A stretch of DNA of 61,790 nucleotides, filler included, from Platydemus manokwari (lineage: Eukaryota), in assembly GCA_037951405.1 (NCBI GenBank). It is 6 parts of 6 records of this genome, joined end to end, with 100 filler letters (N's around TTAATTAATTAA, not from the genome) between each part and the next. Parts side by side here need not be neighbours in the genome. Positions count along the whole stretch, not along the records: positions 1 to 10,017 come from JBBMOY011179434.1; positions 10,118 to 19,809 come from JBBMOY011217100.1; 4 more parts are not named here. One strand, written 5' to 3'. Both the position numbers and the translations under genes were made by a program. The stretch's first letter is position 1; each line of letters opens with the position of its first letter. Positions 1 to 12,153 of this stretch are shown here, piece by piece. The notes under the pieces are model-generated. The model worked only from the letters and a program-made list of their open reading frames with translations. It did not search any database and was not told the origin of the DNA.

Positions 1-1270
1 ATGATTTGCTACAGCACACACACAAGTGTTTACATCTGGTGTCAAATTCCGGTTATTAAGTTATAGACCCAATAGAATCATTTCTTTTCAAAACCCTAGA
101 TATTTATATTGTTAAGTACTGGATAACATTACAACCACAACCTCATTTCTAAAAAATGAGTTATCATTATTTGGAGAAATATTTCTAGGTCACATTATCA
201 AATCGCAACATAGACATTTATAAAAACTGAAATAAATTTATAATATGATTATCGAGAAAATAAATTACTTTATCATTTATTACAAGCTCTATTTGTTGGG
301 ATAATTATAGAAAAATTATAATAATTCAAATTTTTAAATAATGCTGTTAGGAATAGCATGGTATGGGTTAATTGGTCATTTATTCAGATAACGAAAGAAA
401 CAGACAGTGCAACGGACAATAAGAAAATACCCATGACTGCTAACCCATATGAACAATAAAAGAAGAAAAATGCCGACGAGATATGCTACAACTTCTACAA
501 AGCATGGCTTGAGAAAGACGCAGAGCGATAGTGAAAAGAAAGCTCGCAAGTCTAAAAAGCTGGAAAGTTCGATGCTTGATAAAATTCAAAAAAATCCCAA
601 TATTCGAATTTTTATATCCAATATCACTATTTGACATTTAATAACATTATCTTTGTTTGGAAAAATTGTGATTTTTAATTTGTGTATATTTAAATTTTAT
701 GATTTTGATTGTAATAATTGTTTATGGTTTGTAAAAAGTTTGTACAAAATTGACTATTTTTATCTGTACAATTATAAAAAATCTTAATTTTATTTACAAA
801 ATGTTAGCAATCATTTATTAAATTCAAAAAAGTAAAATAAACTAAATAAAAGAAAGAAATTAATAAAATTTAATTTCAAATACCAAAAATTAAGAAAACT
901 AATCAAGTTGGAATTTTAAAAGTTTAAAATTATTGTTTAAATTACTAGTACAAAGTATGAGAATGATAAAAATTTCGAATGGCCATTGGATACAAAGTAT
1001 TCAAGGTCAACTACTATTTAAGTTGACGAAAAACAACCATAATTTATTCTTACAAAGTTTACTAAATCCCAAGTTTTGGAATTGACGATTTGCAAGATAT
1101 CATTTTAGAACTCTAATATTTTGAATTAACGAATAATTAATTATCAAGAAATCAAATGATTTGAAGAGTATACCTTTACATGAAGGTTGACTAAATGGAG
1201 AAAATTACATGTCATAAATTTGGGTAAAATATTTTTCTTAAACTTAAAGTGGTAAAAGGCCCTACTTCTT
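1..1270 (+). mobile_element. Heavily decayed Ty3/gypsy-like LTR retrotransposon relic
   Basis: TTACA-TC-TGGTGTCA at 30-44 resembles an LTR end plus a tRNA-Leu-type PBS. Broken fragments follow: GLIGHLFR (knuckle-like, ~365-390) and KFRMAIGYK (RT-like, ~970-997). No intact ORF. Confidence 0.3.
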
Positions 1271-1737
1271 TTTGAACCCCTAATAATTCATATCTAAAAA
1301 TATAGCAGTTAAAAAGTCATTAAGGTTATAGCTAAGTTCTTGCCGTGTCAGAAAGATAACTGCATAGATTGTGCTCAAAATTACTTCAGTCAGCCAAATT
1401 TTTTGTAAAATACTTTGTGATAAATAAAAATTTAAACGTAAATTGATATTTGATTTTGAATACATGAACTTTAACTTATTCCTACCAACTAAACATAAAT
1501 TCATTATTCTGAACTGATCCTGTCGAGCTTAATAAAGTCATTTAAACAAAAAAAAACCCAACAATGTAACCAAAATAAACATTTAATAATGATATTCATA
1601 TCTAGGATTATAACAAATTAACGTCAATAGCGAAACTAGAATAATAATTTTTCTAATTAATTAATATAGTAAGCATGTGAGACTAAATAAGCGCTTAGTA
1701 AATGATGAATAACAGATGACTCAAGAAATATTGATAC

Positions 1738-2478
1738 TTATGGTCTCACCAAATGATATCCATGCCAAATTTGTGATCCATTGTTCCAACTTTTTGGCAA
1801 TGTACTTTTGACATACGTAACTAACACACATTGATTCTCAATTACTTCATAATAAAACGATTTGCAATGGATATTTTGTAGGCATCTATAAATATAATTA
1901 TAAGTTTTTAATAAAACATAAAATACATACAAAATTCCACAGTGCACTTTATTTTTTGCAATGACTTTATCATAGCAACCCAAATCCTTGTCATTGTTAA
2001 AGATTTTTATATCATTCTTTATGAAGTTCTTTGAATTGATGATGACGGTATTATCAAATGTACATAGAAAATAAACAGTCCTAGTACAACTTATATCTGA
2101 AAGCTTTTTTTCGTAAATTGAGGTACAATCTTTTGGCTCTAATTTACTCCATAAATCATCATTAACAGATAAAGACCCATCAATATTCAACCATCCTTTC
2201 TTATTAATAATTCTTTCTTCAAATAAATCGGTAAGACCTGTATAATAATGAGTATTTTTCTTGAAGACACCGATAAATTTAATGGCTTCTATTTCACTTT
2301 CCAATAGTAATCTACCACTGATATTATAACAGAATTCACTGGCGGCACATATGTTTTTCTTTTCATCTTTAGACACATAAATACACAAATTCTCATACCG
2401 TTTGTATACACTTGGACAGCTTAAACAATCCGAAAACCGAACACCCCAAATAACTATCATAAGAATTTGACAGATCAT
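1738..2478 (-). CDS. Secreted C-type lectin domain + C-terminal PAN/apple-like domain protein; probable 45-nt intron at 1886-1930
   Basis: Hydrophobic N-terminus and CTLD cysteine pattern (CP..Y...CIY; A..FC...GRL; W..DGS; DC...L.DISC...YFLC), then a PAN-like C.GIL/CLQNIHCKSFYY....QCVL segment. The GTATGT...TATAG intron is at the same position as in the paralog at ~51.35 kb. Confidence 0.8.
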   Translation of the reverse strand: MICQILMIVIWGVRFSDCLSCPSVYKRYENLCIYVSKDEKKNICAASEFCYNISGRLLLESEIEAIKFIGVFKKNTHYYTGLTDLFEERIINKKGWLNIDGSLSVNDDLWSKLEPKDCTSIYEKKLSDISCTRTVYFLCTFDNTVIINSKNFIKNDIKIFNNDKDLGCYDKVIAKNKVHCGILYVFYVLLKTYNYIYRCLQNIHCKSFYYEVIENQCVLVTYVKSTLPKSWNNGSQIWHGYHLVRP

Positions 2479-4267
2479 ATCTGTAATGATATAAGACTAA
2501 ATACCATTGATAATATATGAAGCATCAATAGCCAATGAAATATCTGCAAGGATACAATTTTTAAATATTTTTTTCCATTTCTAAAGGATTTAAAAAAATA
2601 AAAATAAAAGTAAAAACATTTTATAAATTTAAAGATTTTTGCTATTCAAAGTATTGTTACTTCCCTATCAATGTTTTTTAAAAATCGATCTTCAATAAAT
2701 AAGCAATATCTTTAATGTCAGCTCAATGTTTTATGCATATCAAGACTGCAATTTGGAAGGAGACTCCAGATAATTAAATCATCAAAACATTTAACAAATG
2801 ATCATTTAGCTTACCTGGTAGTATTTTAATTTATTTTTAGATAAATTCCAATGTAATGATAAAACAGTCTAAGAATAAAACAAGTAAATACAAAAACTAA
2901 AGCTAAGGTTGAACATATTTATACGACATTTATTGATTATTAAGTTTTTCCAACATCACTAACAAAGCAGCGACAGTAGTGTAAAGACATGTAGTTTAAA
3001 ATTTACAGTCCACTGATGTTTTCGGAGGGAATCTTTAGACTGTCGTTTGTCTAAGTAGTACAATTAATTCGCTTTCTACGCGAAAACACACTCACTGTTG
3101 TGATTATGGAAGGCTCTAAATTTGATTCAAAGTAATCTATAATACAGTGAAGTGCTGAGCGCCACGTATCTAGAATCTAATGTATATATATAATTTAAAT
3201 AACAATAAATTCATAGAAATAAAAATATTAATTTACCAAAATACAAATTTCAAATTGGCCAAAACTTTAAGCTTTGTTGGCTTTGCTAACAAAAGTGAAA
3301 ACATAAAGAAAAACAAAAATTAAGAAAAACCTTTCAAAAGTCACATCCATTCCATTATTAAAATAGCAAAAATTGTAAGGAAAAATATTAAAACAAACAA
3401 AACCAATTTAAAACAGATTCAAGTAGAAAAGGATTGGAGAATTAATTGCTAACATCAATGCATATAGAGAAACATATATAAGTTTGAAGTAATTTCAGTC
3501 GTTCACAATGCACTATATATATATACCCTCAAAAGAAAAGAAATACTTTCAAATTCCTTAGCCTCTCCGACCGCGATTCCAAATACTTTGTCAAACAAAT
3601 GTCAGTCTAAGACACCCGTCATTGTGCTCGAATTTGGCACCACCATTAAAAGGACATACTTGTTAAAGTGCCGGACTGGTCAAACTTAGAAGTTAGAGGA
3701 GATTCCAATTAACACGGGCGTGAGAAACTGTTCTTAAGCCTTGACAAAGACAGAAATCAGTGATAAAACTCACTGACCGTTGATGCAAACTTCGATGTTT
3801 GAAAATTTGTGTCTCTGAGCTTCAATGCTAAAAAGGCAATAAATCACTTTCACAAATTTTCCAGGCAGTTTTTCCGGCGAAACAGGAAGTGAACAAAATC
3901 CAGTAGATCAAACTGAAGATTCCTAGATGAGATCAATCTACATCAATCAATTCAACCTGGTCAATTACTGATAAATTTCTACTCATAAGAGTCAAAATCA
4001 ATAAATCTAATACGAATATTGATTGAAGCTGATCGAAGAGGAGTCCAGTAGATCTAGTAATTCGAATTGGATTGGTTGATTTATATACCTTAAACCTCAC
4101 ATTTCCAAAATTTAGGTTATAGCAGCTGGGTTACATTATAAAATAATAATTACTCCACAATTATTTCTCAACTTCTCATACCCAAGCAAAGTTGATAAAA
4201 ATATGAAATTCTATTTAACGAACTTACTTGATTTTTAGAAGTGATTGCGCTTTACAGAAAAATGGAT

Positions 4268-4436
4268 GCTAATTTCTTTTAAAGTTGATTCTAAATTAAT
4301 GTGCTTTGTGTGAAGAAATGTTGATATAAAAGAGAAATCTAATCATCTAAGGCTTAGATTATTAGATTTCCCTTTTATATAATCATTTCTTCACACAAAC
4401 AACATTAATTTAGAATCAACTTTAAAAGAAATAAGC
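4268..4436. repeat. Near-perfect 169-bp palindrome (84-bp arms, 1-nt centre at 4352)
   Basis: 4268-4351 aligned by hand to the reverse complement of 4353-4436 gives 7 mismatches in 84 positions. Confidence 0.92.
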
Positions 4437-7400
4437 GAAACATATGGGTTCAGTAAGTGAAATATAATATTCATGAAAATGATCGATATTTCAAATAAAC
4501 TAATAATCGAACAAGTGAATGGTTTCGAATTGCAGGAAAATTGATGTTCTTCACATAAACAGAGAATAAAACAAAAATCGATTATTTATTTATTGATAAA
4601 AATGTGAAATGGTGAAAAACATAATAAAGTTTTATAGAATATATTTTCATGTATATGTCTGATGTGACCGATTTGAGAAATTGCTCCAAAACGTTTCAAC
4701 AATACTTTTTCTAAGTACTTTAATTGAGTTTATTTTACTTTTTAAATTTTCTGATATTTATAAAAATCGATTTATTTGTGAATATATTTATTTACTATTC
4801 AATGCCTCACTGGTTACCAATATTTGTACTTCTGAAAAACTTAGCTCACAATAAGACTATTTTTAGTTACATTTGTCCCATATGAAACTAATTCTCTTTT
4901 CGAACACTACATTAGATACGGGAGACATTATCATTCAGTTGATTTATTACAAAAAATTAATCCCGATCATTCACAGAAACGTGGAATGCATTCTGTAACA
5001 GGCAATCATTGATTAATATGCAAATATAATTGAGGAATCCGCAAATTTTCACACCATAAAGACAATATTGAAAATTTACTGAAAACAATAGAAGTCACAA
5101 ATGGAGCTTCATCTTTCATTCTCTTATAGATTAGAAATAGTTTTCAATTACAAAACGGTCCACGATTTCCCTCGATATTTGCTTTGCAAAACAACAATAA
5201 TAATAATAATAACACTAATTTTCCCATAGCTTTGTCACGTATCAAATTCTAGAAGCAATTTGTACCTCAAATGAGAATTTTAATTGTAATTTGTTTCGAA
5301 AATTTTAACATTCGGATTATAATATTCCAAATGCTTGTTGCCTAGCTACAACTAATAAAAGACAACTATCAATTTTTGCTGATATTTTAAATAATATTTT
5401 CTTTCGACATGAATGTTGACAAAGTCTTATTTATGTCTTTTTGTTTCATTAAAAATTTTAATAGGTCTTGTTAATATATAACTCTTAAACAAAATTTTAT
5501 AACAATTAAAAATTCATTGCCCCATTATTTTGACAGTTGAAAAATGATGAGTTCGTTCTGAGTCAAATCGCACATCATTGTCTTTCGAATTTTCCAAATC
5601 ATAATACAATCAGACAACTTTTGAGTTGAAATATTTAATAATAATCAGAAGATAATTTTTAAACAATGTAAACTCGTTTTCATTCATATCTTTCCTTTGC
5701 CTTCGCGATATAATAGAAGAGGAATAATAGTCTATGAATTCAATTTTTGATAAACCTAAGAAACAACCTACATTTTGGGGATTTCGAGGAAATCAATTAG
5801 GCTCCGAAAAATCAATTCAAAATATTCGGTATCTTGGCATAAATAAATGTTCGATTCTGTAATTAAGTGACCATATTTAGTTTCAATATTGTTTGAGGTG
5901 CGGAGCCAAGCAATCACTGATAGAGAAAACCAGACAATAGTTCCAACAATTTGTAATGATCAATGCGTTTGAGACAATGGAGCATCATTTCGTGGCCTCT
6001 CTGAATAACCTCACACTCATGAAAGAAAACCCTTTTAAAGGGGATTTGCAGGACATTAGTAAAAATTTACTCGATTATGTCGACCAGTGTCAGGAAATGG
6101 TAATCAAGAGGAATAAAACGAGTAGATTGTAACCACTATTTAAAAACCCTGAGAAGTATATAAGGAAGTGCAAAATGTTCTCACAAGACCTCTCGGTTTA
6201 ACTAGCAAAGACAGATTATCCAGAAGCAGTAACAAAGGCTATAATTCAGAACTTAAATAACCGGCTCCAAATCAACAATTCAATAATCCAATCCGAGCTT
6301 ACAAGTGATGAACATTTATTATAATGATTTTGTTATACAACAATTTTGATATCAACGTATAATTCTTTTTTAATTCTGAAAAAGTTTTTAACATATAAAA
6401 GTATTTCTTTTATGTATGTAATAAAATTTCAAGTTTTTAATTTCACTTTGGTGTGATTTTTATAATGTTTATTTCTGTGTAATTTTTATAAGACTTACTT
6501 TCAGGGAGTTGTAAAATTAAGTATAATATTTATATTAAGATATATATGTATATGTAATAGCTAAACTCGAATTTTTTTACACGCAACCTATGCTTCGGCA
6601 CTGTGACTAGTTAGATATTTGTGGAATTATCTTAGTATTAATTAATTTAGATTGGTGGTTGTTTTAATTGCTTACATTGGTCCTAGAGGGCTTCCGCAAC
6701 TCGTAAGAGAACGAAGTTACCAGAAAAATTCCTGAAAATCTTTAAAAGTTAAAAGCTTCTAGAGATTATTGATTGTTGCAACAAGGATTCTTTGTCCCGT
6801 TACAGCAATTACGGTTGGTACTGAAAGTACACAATGATAGATTAATAAATTATTGTTTTAAAAATTATTTATACAAAAGAGGCAACTTGCATATTAAGTT
6901 CGCACAATAAAAAGTAATCAATTATCTAAATTGATTTCAAGCAAAATTACCATCAAATCGATATTTGCGGAGTCCACAATTAAATTAAAAGCGAGCCCAG
7001 TAAATCAATATTTATATTAATCATTTCAGAGTAATGAAACTCAGATTATTCAATTTTTTAAGCTGATTACTCATCTCATTTAAAATCAACGAAAAACAGA
7101 AAACAACTAACAAGAGATTGGAAATATTGAAATAATGTATTAATTATACAAAAGAAAACAAGAAATTGGAAATATTTAATTATAATAGAAATTATTCAGA
7201 AGTAAGTGAAAAACTTATTGCCTGAACTTCTGCTATTTCAAACCAAATATGTCATTTTTCTGTTCCCTACGACGAATACAACACCGAACCTAGATCAATA
7301 TATATAATATATTTCGGTCTTTTACATGAGACAAAAGGAATCAAAATTAATCTACACTGATCTGAACCATTGTCGACTCGATACTCAAATCAATCATCCT

Positions 7401-10017
7401 TCGAAACTTTAAAGAGATGTGTCATAAAGATTTTGATTAAAAAAATAAGTTGTTAACGACCTATGTTATTCATAATAAATGTATTCATCTGTTCAAAATA
7501 ATAAATTATTCTAATTATAAATAGATAAATTATTTTCACCTACATAAGTATTATTGATTGAACTCAGTTCAGCTAGAAGCTAAAATAAAACTAAAACCCA
7601 AAATTCACAGGCAAATCAAGTATAGTGGTTACGGTGCCATTATGCCTAACTACAGATAAAGTCATTTTGAGGATTCTTACAGGTAAAACCAGAAGAACCC
7701 ATATAAACTATCAACTCTATCTGAATAGAGTCCAATGGAAAATTGTCAGAAAAATACGATAGAATACCTCTGGTCTCCTGGTTATTTGTCCAAATTACCA
7801 AGTTGTATCATTGCTATTACTCTGATAACTTGTTATATAGATTATAATCTATATTTTCTATTTTATTGTCACTGATTTATTCTAATAATCTATTTTATAA
7901 TTTAACTTTATGCACCTTTTGGTGTCAAATGTACTATAAATAAATATATAAGAGTTCAATCGTGTTGGATTGTGAAGTCAGAGTTGTCAAGCTTAAAGAA
8001 TTAATAGAAATGTCATAGTTTGGTTCTCTTTTATTTATTATAATTAATTATAAAAAAGACGCACATCATACAGCACAAAATATAACCCCATCAGCACCGA
8101 TGTGCAAGATAGGGATAACCACTCTAGATTGAAGAATATATGCAAAACGTAAAAAATTAAAATTAAATGGCACATTTAAAGTGATAAATTTTTAAACAAT
8201 ATTGGATATGGAAAAAAGTGGTCTTTACTCACCACACAATATTGTAAAGGCGACTACCAAGATAAAAAGAAAAGCTGATGAGTGGACTAAACAACGAGAG
8301 TCACAAAAATGTTAGAGGAAAAACGGAAGAGCTCGAGTACTGGAAAGAACACCAAAAGAATAAATTAACAATTGCGAGGAAATGAAAGAGAAGGAAAAAG
8401 TAATAAAAATTCAAAAATCACGAGAAAAAGAGAAGAAAGTAAAGGAAAAGCAGCAAAGAGGAATAGAAGAAGAACGGAAATGAGAAATGGAGAAATCTAA
8501 AAAAGAAAAGCACAAAGATAAAGACATAATACAATAGTGCGATATGGAAAGGAAAATAGTTTCCATAAATAATAAACAAAAAATACTCATAGTTAATGAA
8601 AATCCAATATAACATGGCTGCATTATCATTTAAAGCCATGAAGGTGCAGCGATCAATGGCAATCACCTCAATTTCTAAGAGAATAAAAGACCGAGGATGT
8701 TTTTAAGTGGAATAGAAAAGTAAAAATATTAAAGTATAACTACAAAATCAATCATTTCCAACAGGCATACAATAATATTCTAACAATCTCTGTCTCATGT
8801 CAAACCTCTATAATGAACCTCTCAATGTCATGTGCAATATAAACAGAACGAACAGCATTGGATGGTGGACGAATCTGGAGATATGTTGGGAAATCTTCGA
8901 GGAAATAATCGAAATAGGAGGCAACTGGGACACTAAAGTATACCGAAGATACAAATCCGAAAAAGCTGTGAGAAGATAATTACAGGGGCAATGGTCCAGG
9001 ACGAGACAATAATCTCTTCTATATTATGAGAGCTCGACAAACGAGTGGATATTTACTAAGAATATGACGCTTATAAAAATTGATTTAATTAGCATGTATC
9101 AAATCTTTGTCTTTTGTGAGATATAGATTGTGTGGCACATAATAAACTTAGAGATTATATAGTAAACTCATGTTTTCAAAATTTATCATGAGGAAAGAAA
9201 GAACTTGTGTTTCCCATTAATGCTGCAAAACTTATGCTTTTTATTTTATTAAGGAACTACAATAAAAGTGCCTCGTAGTGAGATCTCATAATAAACTTAT
9301 GTTTTCAATAAAATAAATACATAATAAAGCTATACTTTCAATTTTAGACCAATAGAAGCACTTCACAGTTAAATCTCATATTTAAAATGAAACCAATACA
9401 TAATAAGCTCAAATAAACTTATGTTTTCATAAGCAATAAAAATATAAAATAAGTTTATAATTATTAGTACATGTTTTGATATTTGAAATAATAAAGAAAA
9501 GTAATAAAATCCACAATATTTCATATCACATGTAAAAAGAAATAATAAAATCTACATTACTTCATATTATAAGTTAGTTTAATCTTGGATCTTCGATTTG
9601 TTTAAATATTTTGAATAACGTGGTTTTTCAAATTAATAAATTTTGATGAAATTTAATGATATTTTTACAGGCATCCACGCCTATATAAATGCTCTTAAGA
9701 GAGCCAAAACCGAAGAGAGACAGAAAAATTTTGTTAATCTGCTCCAGAAAACTCAAGAGTTATGGATTGCGAAGCCGTCGTTTTTTAATGAATCAATCCA
9801 AGATGCTTAAAATTGTTCTAGACAACCCAGCATTTAACCAATTGGAATTATCATTTGATTTGATATACCAAAACGTTATGGTAAGAATAAAGTAGTTTAA
9901 AAGAAAGAGATATAGAAATGGTTTTTAGAATTTTTCTCACGTATTGGGTCTATAACTTAAAAACCGGAATTTTTTTAGAACAATTGAGTGTTTATTAAAG
10001 AAAATCTTGTACAATTC

Positions 10018-10117
10018 NNNNNNNNNNNNNNNNNNNNNNNNNNNNNNNNNNNNNNNNNNNNTTAATTAATTAANNNNNNNNNNNNNNNNNNNNNNNNNNN
10101 NNNNNNNNNNNNNNNNN
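10018..10117. other. Assembly spacer (44 N + TTAATTAATTAA + 44 N)
   Basis: Identical 100-nt linker with stops in all six frames, present five times in the window. Confidence 0.97.
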
Positions 10118-10944
10118 GTTTAAATGATTTGGTAAAACAAAAACTTTAAACAACTAAAAAACATGAATAACTTTTGACTCAGCCTAATATATCTAACCTC
10201 ACAGATTAAAAGATAATTATTAAGTCTAAATTCCATCAATACTATTAATTTCACTATCTGAGTATAATACAAGATTGCCTGTGTTTCCTTGCTCTTCCCA
10301 ACACTCACAGTAATAATAATATTTTAAAACACATAAGATTTATCGATGATATTATAAAATTTATGAGAAACGAGTACATGTTTTTGAAATTTTGCACTCA
10401 TAGCAAATGTATGTAGTGATTTATTATGTTGGGTTTTGGTACTAAAAAACAACTCATTCAAAAGACAGTAATTTGAAAATGAATTTTTTAATTATGTATA
10501 AGAGTATTTTACATTAAATAATATTGAATATTTTTTGTATAAATTTACAGAAGTTCTGCGAGTGACATAAATTAAATACAATATAAATTATATCCAAAAT
10601 AATATTGTATTACCCGTTTAAAATACATATTAAAATAACACAACTTTTAAAATTTATCCTATAATAAAAATGCTCATAAAATAATAATAAATAACCCGTT
10701 ATACATGTTGGGTTTTTGGAACAAACATTATTCTGGAACATTTGATTTGCATGAATTTTTATCGAGTGTATAAAAGTAGCGAATTTTATTGCTAATTATA
10801 TTTTTTTATCTTTATTTTCTCTTTCGTTCTGGACAAAGGTTAACAAAATATAAACAATTTATAAATTGAATTCTTAAAAAATAAAATAGAATTCTTAATC
10901 TAAATGATTTTGTGAAATCATAAATTAGAACCGTTTATAATTAA

Positions 10945-11198
10945 CCCTAAAAATAATCATAACCCGAAAATATTTAACCCAACAACTAAAAAAAGCCCCT
11001 ATAAAAAATACCCAGATATTAAAATCACCCGCATAAAAATAAGTTACCCCTATTTTTGAATAAATGAATTCGGCTGGCAACAAGAAATAAACCCTGAATA
11101 AAATAAATTCCCTTTATTAAATATTAATATCCACCCGTATAATGCGATGACAACCCGCGTTCAAAAGAAATTCGTTTGGATTAAAATGAAAAGAGCCC
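10945..11198. repeat. Quasi-periodic CCC (minus-strand GGG) tract array at the 3' end of the LTR element
   Basis: C3-4 tracts start at 10945, 10963, 10978, 10996, 11011, 11028, 11047, 11092, 11110, 11134, 11154 and 11196 in an A/T-rich background. Confidence 0.6.
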
Positions 11199-11573
11199 TC
11201 ATTTTAATCGAAATTCGGGCTGTAAAATCAGTAGTCTCCGAGCTGCCTGTTAAAACATACCCACTTGTTAATCGTAATCAACATTCGAAGTATTCGTTGC
11301 CGAAGCCAATTTCCCTGTTGCCAGTATATGCCAAGGTTTATCTGGAGGATCAATTTTGATAATTGATATTAAATTCGTTCGAGAAGAAGTCCAAGGATCG
11401 AGTAAGATAATTCCTGTAAAATCATTATACATCTACAACATCAACATCGTATATTCTTCCTATTTATAGGGTTAAACCAAAAGTCCTTTTATAAACGGTT
11501 CTACTCCTCTTGGGAGCATTGTTAATTTATTGGCATAAAAGAAACTCGTTTCAAAAATGATAATGGGCAATGA

Positions 11574-12153
11574 TCATTTTTTATCATATTGTACACAAGT
11601 GGTTCCATCTGTTTGGCAGGATGGGAATTCTGAATTACAAGATGGGTATTGTGTCATTGTTCCCGTGGTCAAGTCAAAAGTAGCTTCATATGTCCGTAGC
11701 TCTATTTGGTAGTCTTCTATGTCAACTACATGGGAGATATGTTCTCCTTTCCTATATTTTGGACGGCCTATACATGTTCCTTCCGGTTTGATGTGGCCTC
11801 CTCTGGTTATTGTTTCTGCCATTATTGATCCCACTTTTACCATTAACTTTAATTCATTATCTTTTCGTAGTTTCTCAGTATCAAATGCTTCATTACAATT
11901 TTCTGGTGAAATTTTAATACTTATAGGTATTACCTTAGTATCCAGAATAGTTGTTCTGCTGAATGCTCCACAGTAGTACTCGAAGACAGCTCGAGTGACT
12001 CGGCATTCCTTAACAGTTGTTCTGTTGTTCTTTTCCTTGATAAACGGAGTAGTTCTCTTTTGGTCCTTTAGTAACTTTATATGTGTGTACCGTTGGGCAG
12101 TTAATAAGATTTACTAAAGAGTATATAGTAGATAGCTTTGGTTTGGCACAGCC
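11574..12153 (-). pseudogene. Envelope-like glycoprotein N-terminal ectodomain, chuvirus-glycoprotein-like; one frameshift near 12020-12035, C-terminal part broken or deleted
   Basis: Hand translation: LTA*GCAKPKLSTIYSLVNLINCPT...VYQ / RTTVKECRVTRAVFEYYCGAFS...ISPENCNEAFDT...TITRGGHIKPEGTCIG...HVVDIEDYQIELRTYEATF...CNSEFPSC. Motif order matches my recollection of chuviral-type G (AYDC...SLL.V..C; C.I.I.R..YYCG..S; IS...C; G....G.C.G; VV.....I.L). Confidence 0.7.

Noticed and set aside
8411-8666. Hydrophobic, Phe-rich minus-strand ORFs
   Set aside because: Artefact of a purine-rich plus strand in decayed repeat sequence.
10062-10073. Palindromic TTAATTAATTAA repeated five times at ~10-kb intervals
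   Set aside because: Always centred in an N-padded 100-nt block; an artificial six-frame stop linker, not biology.
10118-11500. Search for a 3' LTR matching 15062-15157 (e.g. TGTTGGGT at 10427 and 10707)
   Set aside because: Similarity does not extend beyond a few bases; no 3' LTR or polypurine tract can be supported.
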